Shown: positions 36,722-49,236, counted from the first letter of the stretch. The stretch: 64,000 bases of DNA from Callorhinchus milii (GCF_018977255.1 NW_024704742.1:102054001-102118000); one strand, 5' to 3'. The notes: generated from the letters alone by a model not told the origin. Translations and numbers: made by a program.

Positions 36722-37107
36722 TTGTCAGCCTGTTTCAGTTGGTAGCACTCTGAAACACAAGGTTGGGAGATCAACCCAATGGTAGGTCTTTGAACTTATA
36801 GTCTAGCCTGAACCTCTAGTACTAGCCAAAGTGCCATTCTTCAAATGAGATATTAAAGATCCCATGGCACTATTCAAAAAGAGAATGGAGTTTCTCCCAG
36901 TGTCCTGGCCAAAAATCCCCCAAATAAAATTAATAATTCATTTCCTGGGTGTTTGTGGGATATTGCTGTACACAAATATGACTGCTACATTTGACTACTA
37001 ATACACAGTCACTGCACCTCACTATACCTTACAATATTTTCTGTAAGTACTTTGAAACGTCCTCCAGACATGAAAGGTGTTAAATTAAATGTTTAGATTA
37101 TTATTGT
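36722..37107 (+). mobile_element. SINE-A
   Basis: tgtcagcctgtttcagttggtagcactc; taaagatcccatggcactattc; gattattatt. Confidence 0.88.
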
Positions 37108-37417
37108 ATTAAGGCTTGAATGAAATCATTTGCAAGGGATATACAATTTGAATTATCGCAGGGTCAGACTGGCAGACATGTACAGTGGGCAGGAAGTCTT
37201 TAGAAATTACAGGAAATATATAATGCCTCATGCATTCTTTATCTCAGTTGCTCTAAAATCGGCAATAGCATGTTGATGGGAAGAAACCACATAGGATGTT
37301 TGCCACTGAATTTATGACCAGGGGCAGTCCTGAATTTTGAAGTTCAAAGCTCCAGAGCAAATGCTGCAACCTAATACTACTGAAAGATACATTCTCTTTC
37401 AATGAATGGGCTAACTA

Positions 37418-37920
37418 TTATAATAATAATCATCCTTGCATTTGGTATAGCACCTATCATAAAATTGGTCATTCGGTTCATGGCTGCTTGTGGGACATTG
37501 CTATGTGCAATTGGGCTGCTGTGTTTGCCTACAAATACACAGTCACTTCATTTCACAGTAAATCAAAGTGCTTCACAGGATTTACTGTGAAATGAAGTGT
37601 CTGTATTTATAGGCAAACACGGCACCACAATTGTACACAGCAGTGTCCCACGACCCACCATGAAACTAATGACCGATTTTATTTGGGAGATTGCTGGCCA
37701 GGATGCAGGGAAAAACTCCCTTCTCTTATTGAATAGTGCCATGGGATCTTTAACGTTCAATTGAACAGGCAGATGGAACTTGAGTTTAACATACAAACCC
37801 CCATCCGCGCTGCAGTGGAGTGTCACTTTAAACTTTATGAGTTCAAGTCCCGAAGTGAAATTGGAACCCACAACCTTCTGACTCAGAGGCAAGAATGCTT
37901 CCACTGAGCCAAGCTGACAA
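37418..37920 (-). mobile_element. SINE-A full length with an internal fold-back duplication
   Basis: Tail at 37418, inverted copy at 37459-37564, then body and head to gagccaagctgaca. Confidence 0.88.
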
Positions 37921-39207
37921 TTGAGTGGCTCAGTGTTGTCCTGTAAATTATAATTATGGATCGGAGGGACTGACTGCAAGCATGCAAAATTTGGTACAGA
38001 TTTGTCAAATTTACAGAATTGTGAATATTATGCTGGAAGTACTAGAGAAAGTGCAGGTGGTTTAAATACATTTACAAATAAGGCAGCTGCTTGTTAATTT
38101 GTATCCTGACAAAATGTGCCACATTCTTAATAGCAATGTAAGCAGCGGAACATTGCACATGAACTCTGACAATTCCCTGATGTCTACCAATAGGCCCAGT
38201 AACCTGTAGAATTTGCAAGCAGACGCCTGCTTATCAAGAAGGGCCCTTGTTTCAGCATATAATGATTTTGTAGTAGTCTGAGCACAATCATCCCTCTGAA
38301 GATGTGAACCTTTTACAAATAACTAACTCTGAGACTCTACCCTGCATGGAGGGCGCTATATAAGTGCAAGTTATTATTGTTGTTCTTGCATAACCGAGGA
38401 TATTGCAGACAAACCCTCTGTATGTTGTACAATGAATAAAAGTAATGACTGATTTGACTGATTTGGCATCAGAAAAACTTCTGGGTGCCATGAATGGAGA
38501 TGGAGATCGACCACCATACAGCTATATTGCGTTTATAGTTATTGCTATAAAACCACCCCTTTGAAGAGAACATCAGTACACAAAATCTGCTACAATTATT
38601 CCATAAGAAGCCAATGGACATCATGGGCTAATGAACTTCAGAAATATCCATTAAAAACACACAGTTCTTAATGGACTTTGCATGAGGATTTTGCTTCCAC
38701 TGAGTACCCTGAGAGGAAATATGGGTACAACATGTCATTCCAAGGCAAAGATAATTCCCCTCATACTTTGAAAGATGCTATGTAGCAGAAAAAAGTATTG
38801 TGTGTGTGGGGCCATGATGAATAACACTGTCAATTTTATCTAAATTCAAGGCATGTCTCCCACGAATGCTGTTTAAAGCTCTGTGTCAAATAAGGCAGTT
38901 AATACATTTAATAATGTAATCTATATACAGCTGTATATTACATCTGCAATGACCACATTTACAGTGTGTGTGATATTATCTGGATCAATAAAGTCTTGCA
39001 CTTTGAACTATGTCAGGGCGCTGCTGTTTGTTTGCTATGTACTGTATCAGCACTATTTCTGGCTGACTTGCATGATAGTAGCTTGCGTTTCACATCCTGT
39101 TGTTCAGTTGCTGAAATATATACTGCCAATTACATTTATCCTTGGCTTCACTATACAATATACTTGGTCTGATCAGTATTACAAGACTGCTGTAATTTTA
39201 CTGTCAT

Positions 39208-39499
39208 TGTGGAGTTCTGTAGTTTAGTGGTTAGAGCACTCGCTTTGCAAGTGAAAGACCTGGGTTCGATTCCCGGCAGGGTGAAACCTTGGGCAAATTT
39301 CCTTACTCCACACACCTGATAATAATCCCTCAAAAAAAACAATAATAAATTGGTTATTTAAATCCACGACTGTTTGTGGGACACTATTTCGCCCACAAAT
39401 ATACAGTTAATTCACTTTACCGTCTATGCTGTGAAGCGCTTTGAGATGTCTAGAAGATGTGAAAAGCGCTATATCAAATGCAAGGATTATTATTATTAA
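39208..39499 (+). mobile_element. SINE-B, short form
   Basis: tgtggagttctgtagtttagtggttagagcactcgctttgcaag..ggttcgattccc (consensus B box). Confidence 0.9.
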
Positions 39500-39969
39500 T
39501 TTAAACAAGGCATCTGTGTTCCCCTCCACACAATCTGGATGTAACGTAGTGTGCACTTTTTCTACAATTAATTAATTGCTTGTGCAGAGGCTTCACTTGT
39601 GTGAAAAACTGCTAGAACTGGGTAACCACCACTGGTCTGTTTTTTTTAAACTGCTCTGCCTTTAAAATTCAGCTCTGTGGAGAAGAGCATGAGATGTCCT
39701 CCCGACATGAAACGCATTATATCAATGTAAATTTGTCTACATTATATTGTATAATTCATGTCATTTGTTACTTACGTTTAAATAAAATCTACAAAACACC
39801 ACTTTATGTCCACAATCACAGACCCTTTGGACGGTCACTGCTTTCCATCCTGCTATTTTGCATATTGATATGGATTGTAATTTGGTCATAATAAAAGCTT
39901 ATCTATCTCATAAACTTAAAGTTTATTTATTTGGAGAGTCCAAGTAAAAGCCTGATGCCTGTGTGGATC

Positions 39970-40692
39970 ATCCTTTCTTCCTCATATCCGTGCCACATCT
40001 GGCACTGCCTTCCATCACCTCCGAAATATTGCCAGACTTCGGCATTACCTCACCCCTCACGCTGCTGAAACTCTGGTCCACGCCTTTATCACCTCAAGGC
40101 TGGACTATGGGAACTCTCTCCTCGCCGGCCTTCCCGGCATCTCCCTCCACAAGCTGCAGGTCATTCAGAACTCTGCAGCTCGTGTACTGTCCCGCACCAG
40201 GCTTCGCGACCACATCACTCCCACCCTCGCTCGCCTCCACTGGCTCCCCATCCCCCAGAGGATCGAATTCAAGATCCTCATCCTCACCTACAAGGCCATT
40301 CATGGCCTTGCACCCTCCTACCTCTCCGACCTACTATCCCCCAACCTTCCTGCCCGTACCCTCCGTTCCTCTGGCTCCGGTCTGCTCCACATCCCCCGCC
40401 CCAACCGCCCTACATCGGTGGCCGGGCCTTCAGCCTCTCAGCCCCCAGGCTCTGGAACTCTATCCCCCAGTGCCTTCGCCGCCTCCTCCCTTTCCTCCTT
40501 CAAGGCCGGTCTCAAGACCTTTCTCTTTGACCGTGCCTTCAGCTCCCCTCTCGACTCTCTACCCCCTCCTCGCTCCCTCCCTTCCCTCCCCTCACCCTGA
40601 CCATTTCCCCCCTGCTCAGGTCCTGAAGGACTGGGACGTCCTTCCGACGTGAAAGGCACTCTATAAATGGAATCTTGTTGTTGTTGTTGTTG
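39970..40692 (+). mobile_element. Young LINE2 (tail family 1), 5'-truncated
   Basis: Closely matches the reverse complement of 25743-26466; HIRATSGTAFHHLRNIARLRHYLTPHAAETLVHAF; (tgt)n tail. Confidence 0.97.
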
Positions 40693-40699
40693 TATCAGG

Positions 40700-40818
40700 G
40701 ATAATAATAATAATAATAATAATCCTTGCATTTGATATAGCGCTTTTCACGTCGGGAGGACGTCCCAAAGCGCTTCACAGAACACACTGTAAAGTGAATT
40801 GACTGTATATTTGTGGGA
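40700..40818 (-). mobile_element. Young 5'-truncated SINE tail, tail-to-tail with the L2
   Basis: (taa)n tccttgcatttgatatagcgcttttcacgtcgggaggacgtccc. Confidence 0.9.
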
Positions 40819-40829
40819 TGAAGAATAGG

Positions 40830-41800
40830 AGAAACAAAGAAGTGGTAAGATAATGCCAAACCTGGTACTTATGGTAGAATGTACTCTTTATGGAGGAAGG
40901 ACAGGCATAGGGGTAGTATCGAGTTCTATAGTTCCCTTTGAGTTAAATACAGAGAGAATTCTAGGAGGACAACAGGCAACAGAGAAATGCTTGGAGGAGC
41001 AATGGTAATAATGGCATCAATAAAATAAAGAGACACAGAAACTTTGTAATAATAATAACCCATTGCATTTGATATAATGTCTTATCACGTCATCAAGATG
41101 GCTCGAAGCACTTCACAAGATATACTATAAAGTGGTGTGACTGAGAATATTTAGTGGTCAAACGCAGCAGCTAATTTGCGCACAGCATTGTCTCGTAAAA
41201 AGCTATGGAGTGAATGACCAATTGTATTTGGGGTTTGTTGGCCGGAACATCAGGAGAAACTTCTCTTTTCAAATAGTGCCATCTGGATCTTTAACGTCCT
41301 CCTGAACAGGAAGATGGGACCTCGGATTAGCATCTTAAATGTAAAATAATAAAGAATGAAATGAAATGACAGAAAATGGAGGTTAATATGGGAAATGATC
41401 AATGATGAGAGACGAAAGTCCTGTCCTATCCTATGAAATAAAGTAGCAACAACTTGTATTTATATAGCACCCTTTTCACAGGATGGTGTCTCAAGTAATG
41501 CAAAAGAACATTTGAAAAGACTTCCCGAGTGGGGAAATGTTTAAATCTTGGATAAATTTAGTTTGGATTTTTTGAGGAAAAAAGAGAAAAACAGGCTCAA
41601 AGCTTGCTACAGCAATAAAAAAGATGTGAAAATTCAACTTGAGATATTAAGGCCAAGAATGTCAATGGACAAAGAAGGATTAAGACCAGAGCCATTTGAA
41701 GGTAAGAAGTGATAGTTGTTGGTTTGATTCACAGAGATCCATAACATCTATATCTTTAGGGAATTGAAAGAAGCAAGGCTACCATTGCGTCATTGAAGAT
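40830..41800 (+). mobile_element. Old CR1 ORF2 fossil (endonuclease end to pre-RT), interrupted by SINE-A at 41046-41335 (-)
   Basis: GKIMPNLVL (cf. .ILDLVL); HNIYIFRELKEA (cf. GPD.IHPRVLRELKE). Confidence 0.5.
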
Positions 41801-41811
41801 TATGACGATAG

Positions 41812-42035
41812 AGTCGTAGAACTATAGAAATTTGCAGCACAGAAGAAGGTTATGTGGTCCATTGTGTCTGTGTTGACTTTTTGAAAGAGCAATCCATTCA
41901 GTACCATTTACCTGACTTTCCCTTTACCTCTGAAATTATTCTTTTTTTAGATATCTATCTAGTTGTCATTTGAAAGCTAATATGGATCCTGCCTCGACCA
42001 ATGCACCCAGCAGGACCCTAACAGGACGCTGTGTA
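41812..42035 (-). mobile_element. CR1 3' end
   Basis: tagaaatttgcagcacagaagaaggttat..tttttgaaagagcaatcc..atctatctagttgtcatttgaaagc. Confidence 0.7.
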
Positions 42036-42540
42036 AGGTTTTTGTTAGATTTTCAAGAGATGGAAAACAACTTAGTAAAGGGCTGACAGAACTAAAACAC
42101 AAATGATTTATTGTTGAATTGATCAAAGATATTTGAGCTATCTATCCTTAGGAATGTATATTATTAGATCAAGGTTTCTCAGCAGCTTCTTGCAAGAATT
42201 TGTGTATAACTGTCACACTGAATAATTAATAATAATCTTTGATATAGCACGTAATGTGCCAAAATATCTCAAGGCGTATTACAGTAATTATTGTTAAGTG
42301 TGTTCTTGTAGGTGAATGTAGCAACCAATTTGCACACAAGAATGTCCCACAAACAGCCAGGAGGTGAATAATAGTAATAATAATGCATGCATTTAATATA
42401 GTGCTTTTCACGTCTTCCAGACGTCACAAAGTGCTTCGCAGAATATAAAGTAAAGTGAATTCACTGTATATTTGTGAGCGAAATGATCAATTTATCAGTA
42501 ACCTCGGAAAAATTCATGTTCTCTTTGAATTGAGACTCTT

Positions 42541-42865
42541 TGTGGAGTCCTGTAGCTCAGTGGTTAGAGCACTCGCTTTGCAAGCGAGAGACCTGAGTTC
42601 AATTCCATGCAGAGGGCGAAACCTTGGGCAAGTTTCCTTACTCCACACGCCTAATAATAATCCCTCCAAAAAACAAAACCAATAATAAATTGGTCATTTT
42701 CAATCTATGACTGTTTGTGGGACATTGCTGTGCGCAATTGGCTGCCGCATTCGCCCACAAATATACAGTCAATTCACTTTACAGTATGTTCTGTAAAGCG
42801 CTTTGGGACGTCCTCCTGACGTGAAGAGCGCTATATCAAATGCAAGGATTATTATTATTATTAAT
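42541..42865 (+). mobile_element. SINE-B, short young form
   Basis: tgtggagtcctgtagctcagtggttagagcactcgctttgcaagcgag; L2-type hairpin tail. Confidence 0.92.
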
Positions 42866-42909
42866 AGTGTCACAGGATTTTTAGTATCCACCTGAGCAGG
42901 ACCATGATT

Positions 42910-43217
42910 CCTCTTCCATTCCTCTCCAAGGTCCTGGAACGAGTCGTCGTGTCCCAGCTCCGCTCCTTTCTCTCTCGCCATTCCCTCTTTGAACCCCTCC
43001 AATCCGGCTTCCGCGCTGCCCACAGCACGGAAACAGCCCTGGTCAAAGTCTCTAATGACATTCTGAACATCTGTGATCAGGGCTCTCTCTGCCTCCTTGT
43101 TCTCCTCGACCTCTCTGCCGCCTTCGACACTATCGACAACTCCATCCTCCTATACCGCATCTTCCCTTTACTTAATCTTCGCTGACCTGCCCTTATCTGG
43201 TTCAATTCCTATCTCTC
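42910..43217 (+). mobile_element. LINE2 RT fragment (segment 1 of the rearranged element)
   Basis: [46 protein letters not shown]. Confidence 0.93.
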
Positions 43218-43818
43218 AGGGTAGAGGCAGAAAGATAGAGTTGGGTGTCATCTGCATACATGTGGAAGTTGACCCCATGTCTGCGGATGATGTCACCCAG
43301 GGGGAGCATGTAGATATTAAAGAGGAGAGGGCCAAGGACAGAGCCCTGGGGGACGTCAGATGTGACAGTGCGGGGACTGGAGGAGAAACCGTTAGAGGCA
43401 ACAAAGTGGAGACGGTGAGAGAGATAGGAATTGAACCAGGCAAGGGCAGGTTTGTGAAGATTAAATAAAGAGGAGAGCGGTGTATGAGGATGAAGTGGTC
43501 GACAGTGTCGAAGGCGACAGAGAGGTCGAGGAAGACAAGGAGGCAGAGGGAGCCCTGATCACAGATATTCAGAATGTCATGAGTGACTTTGACCAGGGCT
43601 GTTTCCGTGCTGTGGGCAGCGCGGAAGTCGGATTGGAAGGGTTCAAAGAGGGAATGGCGAGAAAGAAAGGAGCGGAGCTGGGATGCGATGACTCATTCCA
43701 GGACCTTGGAGAGGAATGGGAGGTTAGAGATGGGGCGGTAGCTGGAGAGGAGGGATGGGTCCAGGGAAGATTTTTTCAAGATGGGGGTGATGACAGCTGT
43801 TTTTAAGGGGGTGGGAAC
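43218..43818 (-). mobile_element. LINE2 RT fragment, inverted (segment 2)
   Basis: Minus strand from [36 protein letters not shown] through PQGSVLGP and [10 protein letters not shown]. Confidence 0.93.
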
Positions 43819-43825
43819 TGAACTA

Positions 43826-44694
43826 GTGAAGTCCTGGCTGAGGGCAAATTTCCTACAGTTGAATGTGAACACGACTGAGGCCCTCCTGATTGGCTCACGC
43901 CAGCGCCTCTGCACCTCAGGCTCTGGCAGCATCAACCTCCATGGTTGCACATACAACTCACCAGCCAGTCAGGAACCTAGGTGTCTGGTTTGACCCTCAA
44001 CTGTCTTTTCTTCCCCACATCCAAGCCATGATCCGCTCTGCCTTTCCTCACCTCCGTTACATCGCCCGACTCTGCCACTACCTCACCCCTCAGGCCGCTG
44101 AAACTCTTGTTCATACCTTCATCACATCCAGGCTCGACTATGCAAACGCTCTGCTTGTTGGCCTTCCCTCCACAGGCTGCAGATAATCCAGAACTCTGCA
44201 GCCGGTATCCTCTCCTGCACCAAACTCCGTGACCCCATCTCCCCCATTCTTACCCGACTCCATTGGCTCCCTATCCTTCAGAGGATCCAGTTCAAGATCC
44301 TGGTCCTCACCTACAAAGCCCTCCATGGCCTGTCCCCACCCTACCTCTGCAACCTCCTAACCCTCTACCAACCCGCCCACTCCCTCCACTCAGCCGGCTC
44401 CGGCCTGCTCCACGTCCCCTGACCCATCCACCCCACCATCAGTGGGAGAGCCATCAGCCACTCTGCCCCCAACCTCTGTAATTCCATCTCCCAATCACTC
44501 CGCCTCGCCCCCTCCTTAGCCTCCTTCAAGTCCCACCTCAAAACCCTCCTCTTCGACCATGCCATTGGTCACCCCCCTTCCCCTCCCTTTCTCCCTCCCT
44601 GATCCCAGCTCGTGTCTGAAATGCTGTACACTGTCCAGCGCCTTGGGACATCCTCCTCACGTAAAAGGAACAATATAAATGTAATCTTGTTGTT
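43826..44694 (+). mobile_element. LINE2 3' part with tail (segment 3)
   Basis: VKSWLRANFLQLN..VRNLGVWFDPQLSFLPHI..SRLDYAN; tail ataaatgtaatcttgttgttg. Confidence 0.95.
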
Positions 44695-46349
44695 GATTTA
44701 ACATCTCATCCAAAGGACAACACCTTTGGAAATGAGGCACTTCTTCAACAGTGCACTGGAGTGTCAGCCTAGTCTGTGAGTACAAAACCGCCGACATGGG
44801 GCTTGAACTCACAACCATCTGACCCAAAGGCAAAAGTGCGACCAACTAAGTAAAGCTGACATCTAAAATATATTGCATTCTATTTAATGTTTAAATTTGC
44901 GTTTCAAATGATGATGGAAATTTAATTTAGAGGGAAGATTGTGTAGAACCTAGTGGTTATACTAATTAGCCAAGAAGCAAATCTCTTTGAAGGCACGAGG
45001 GAGTGGATTTCAAAGTATTTAATCAATATGTGAATTTGGGATTATAAATGGGTGCAATGACTCAGTTCAGCAGACCAGCTAAGGATCAAATTGGCTTCTG
45101 AGATTTATCATTGTCTTTGATATTGTGGGAAAAGAGAATCTCATTACATTGTCTTCTGTTAAATACAGAGAAAAAAAGTTTCATCAGAAAAGAAAGTACT
45201 TTCTTATAAATTTCCTAATTTGAAAAGAGGGTGGGGGCGTGGTTTAAGCCCTTTAGACGTGTGTAGAACATCACTGTTGTAGTATAATAGAATCTATTAT
45301 GCAAATTGTATAAACTATAAAGAAATACTGGGGTCCATGTGTAACTCTATGTGTGTAGAGGGAATTATAGGTACCCTTAATGATGTAATTAACAATCAAT
45401 TACATCTTACACGTGGTTTACACAGCTTGTGTAATAGACCCCAGCATGTGTTTACTAAGTGTGTGTCTTTGTTGCAATTGCTTTTGTAAATAAATTTAGT
45501 ACCTATTGATGCCACTGCTCTGCCTGAGGACAGAAGAATACACATCAATGAAATTTGTGTTACATTTCCTTAGGGCACAATTTTGGAAACTGAAGGTGAG
45601 TGCTCCCCGTATATCGAAAGCTAGTTGAGAAATAACGTCTGGGAATGGGTTTTGGTCTGAGAATCCACCAATGCTGCTAAATCTCTGTCTGATAATGCTC
45701 AATTGTCGGCCCCTTGTTAAATCAATTTGCATTGAGTCAATGTTGTAAGTGTTTGATCTATCAAATATGCTTATTTACTATTTGTCACTATTTACCATCA
45801 ATGGTGTAGATAATTATGTATTACACTAATGCGCTTGGCTGGGGATTATCTGATGGACCTCCATATCTCTCCTTTCTTCATGTCATGCACATCTATACCA
45901 TATACCTGTTTTCAGCCCTTTCCGGTGGAGATGTGCGGTATACATACAACAACAACAGCTTGCACTTATATAGTACCCTCCACGCAGGGTAGCATCTCAG
46001 AGTGCTTGATACATTGCACTATATGACAAGTTAGGGGGCTTAGGTTATTGTGTTGGTATCTGAATCAAATGTGTTGAATGTTACTTGTGTAAATGCTGGT
46101 GAGACGTTAAACCGAGATGTCAATGCAGCTTCTGGATGTGCTCCTGTTCATGGTGATTCGGATTGATCTGAAATGAAAAGTGGAGGAGGGTATTGATCAA
46201 CTGAATCCATCCACTTATGTCTTGTCTGACTCCTGCTGCGTGTTAGGCAACTTTAATCTTGCAGCCTTGGATGACACTGTGACCACAAATTCCACTGCCT
46301 ACCCCTGCTCCGTGCATCTAAACATTAATTCATTATTAGGCCAATAAGA

Positions 46350-46755
46350 ATCATAATAATAATAATCCTTGCATGTGATATACTGCCTTATCATTTGTTG
46401 AGTTTCAAAATGCTACACAGGATATACTTTAAAATGGTTTGACTGTTTATTTTGTGGGCAAAATGTGGCAATCAATTGTGCACAGTAATGTCTCACGAAC
46501 AGCCATGGAATGAGAGATCAATTTTATTTTGAGCCAGAACACCAGGAAAAACTCCCTTCTCTTCTTAACTTGTGCCATGGGATCTTTAACATTCACCTGA
46601 ATAGGCAGAGGACGGCTCCTCCACCAATGCAACATACCATCAGCATTGTATTGGAGTGTCAACTTAGACTATATGATTCTAAGTTCCGACATGGGGCTTG
46701 AACCCACAAACTTCTGACTCAGAGGTGAGAGTGCTGCCACTGAGACAGGCTGACG
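46350..46755 (-). mobile_element. SINE-A, full length
   Basis: Tail to head gaacccacaaacttctgactcagaggtgagagtgctgccactgagacaggctgac. Confidence 0.88.
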
Positions 46756-47179
46756 CACAATTAAGCCATCTGCAGCCAAACTCTTGTCAATCGTTTTCCC
46801 TTCCAAATGTCAGACACCATTGGGCCGTTTAGTGGATCATCAACCTGTAGCTTATTAAAGTGCTAGATATGACCAATGTTACATTTCTATCAAAAATGCA
46901 CAAATAATCAATAACCCAATTACTTGCCATTAATTTATGGTGGATAATGTGGATTAAAGGATATGAGCAACATGTTAAAATGTCTCAGTGGAGGCTATTT
47001 TGGCTCATTAAATTCTGGTTTGTTGGGTAAAGTTAATAATTTTGCTTCAGACCGCTTATAAATAATTCAAACGTAATTTTAAAACTAGTGATTTAATATC
47101 TTTGATATTTATCCTTTGAAAATTGCATCCCAATTATTTCTATACAAAGGGCCAAATTTGCAAAATATAACAAGCAGTG

Positions 47180-47350
47180 GAGAATAATGTTTAAAATACA
47201 CAGCATCAAATACATAAAGAAGATTAAATTCTGTGAGACTAAAAATGTGAAGACCTTTTTCTTTTACATAGTAGTAATTGTATGGAATAGACTCTCACCA
47301 AAATCATTTAACAAAAAGTGTTTGCTGATTAATTCGTTTCAAAAAATAAT
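47180..47350 (+). mobile_element. CR1 ORF2 C-terminal fossil
   Basis: NVKTFFFYIVVIVWNRLS..INSFQK (cf. FFS.RVV..WN.LP..INSFK). Confidence 0.6.
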
Positions 47351-48789
47351 GATCATATACCAAGTTAAGGCTAGCATTGAAGGTGATGAGACAAAAATCT
47401 TAATAAATAAAATGAAATAAAAATTTATATGACTCTTATGGGCCTTACATGACAGAAACAGCTAGTAAATCATATGCAGAATATAATTGGTCAGAACAGA
47501 ATAGTGTAGTTGCAAGGCTGGATTAGTGTCCTGTAGATTTGCTTGATTAATCTTGAAGAGTCTGGGTTCAAATTTTAGAGCTTTATTTTCCTGCAGATTT
47601 CCTTGTGATTGGTTGCGTCCCTCAGGAGATTAAGTGAGTTGGGTCGACCGATGATGATGAATAATGTCCAAGCAATGTGAATGGAATGGACTTGATGGCC
47701 TGATTGACCTTGGCTTCCTTGTCTTACTACACACTTCCTTATGTATTTACATTATGCAATATAATTCTTTTATCAAATACAAGAATTAGTATTATTTATT
47801 GTGATACTTTAATGCTACATAGATATTTTGCAATAGAAGAAAAAATGGATTAATTACAACAATAGGCTTTGTAAATGAATAATAAACTACACTGAAACAG
47901 CGCTTTGTGCCTTTTTAACAATTTTTCATCTCGTGTGTATGTAGTAGCCAATGAAAAAACAGTAATAAATGTTGTCTCACACCACTAAAGAAGCTTACAT
48001 GGTGGTGTATTTGGAGTCTAACTGTGGGCAAAGCCTGGTGTTTGAATGTATTTTACATCTGAGAATCCTGTACTTTGTGTAATGAAAGTTACTTTCACAG
48101 GAATCTCACAATGTAGTGTTCATGCCTAATGTGAATGTGCAGGCTCCTTGCTGGGAATGAAAGTCTGAGCATTGTACTAAAGTAGCAGGATATTTCATTG
48201 TGCCTGAGCGATAGAATCACAAAGGCTATAGGAAAATGGGCACATGTGCAGAAATGAAATGATGCATTGCACAATATATCATTTATGTAGATGGTTATGG
48301 CTAATTATAATTGCTATAATGCAAACATAAGGTGGGATATGCATAAATTTCATTTGCACATTATGGAAAGTGAAGAACTATTGAATTTTGCAAATGTAAT
48401 ATAGAAGGATATGACCATGCTTGGCGCAGCTTACACTTAGCCATTTATTACAAAAGAAAAATTTTAAATATTGCAAGAATTAAAAACAAGAGTTTCAGAC
48501 TCCATTCATGGAGTTAATTAAGAACAACTAAAAAATAAGTCATTTTGCAATATTAATGCAACAATTTATGGTTATAATTTGACATATTTTTGAAAAAATT
48601 GTAGTATGTTTCTGTAAGATATATTTAGTCTCCTTATGAATATTGGATGCAACCATAAAAATATAATTTTATATGTTTTGAACTACATATTTAAAACACT
48701 TATTACCAACCATCTGCCACAATACTTGGTGTATTTTAAAACTGAATGTTGTACATTAGAAAATCAGCATGCAGCACATTATCATCATG

Positions 48790-49100
48790 TCTCATTTCTG
48801 GAATGAAAATGGAATCCATATTCATTGCCAGAACACTATATCTCTCGGTCTCTTTCAAGTTTCTCCTTGTCCCATCCATGGAGCACATAAGCTTCTTAAT
48901 TTTGCTTCTTTCCGAAGCAGCTTCAATTAATCCATATCAAACATTATTCACCAGTGATCAGTCCCAGATCCACAGCTTTTTAAAGTCTCATTATAATATG
49001 TTGGTTGCTTTGAGTCAATACTTCTCTTCCTGCAATTTTCTGGATCATCTACAAATTGGACATTCTTTACTGAGTTTGTTACTCCAGATCATTTACCCAT
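48790..49100 (-). mobile_element. Old CR1 RT fragment
   Basis: Minus strand VNDLE..QFVDD (cf. INDL..KFADD), DFKKLWIW..W*IMF and LKETERYSVLAMNMDS (cf. E..DLGV.VD). Confidence 0.65.
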
Positions 49101-49236
49101 TCCCTTTGGGTGTGTTCTAGGCAAGAAACAGAACTTTACATTTCTGTAATTTGTTATTTCCAGATCCATTATTCCATTGTAATTTCAAACATATTTATAT
49201 CATAATAAATCTTGCATTTGATATAGCTTCTTTTAC

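Larger units (their letters stand above)
42226..44861 (-). mobile_element. One SINE-A host split by three later insertions (SINE tail about 42370-42480, SINE-B, rearranged L2)
   Basis: Host pieces 42226-42369, 42481-42530, 42863-42908 and 44695-44861 are colinear with intact SINE-A copies. Confidence 0.8.

Noticed and set aside
38883..39227. Hydrophobic 114-aa ORF suggesting a membrane protein
   Set aside because: Composition is explained by T-rich DNA; no family motif; it ends inside a SINE head.
45574..45595. 22-nt microexon-like segment (also 23 nt at 60647-60669, ~51 nt near 28716 and 81 nt on - near 2295-2375)
   Set aside because: Frame-shifting or unassignable, and they do not assemble into a coherent gene model.
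48746..49120. 124-aa + strand ORF
   Set aside because: Antisense frame of a decayed CR1 RT fragment.
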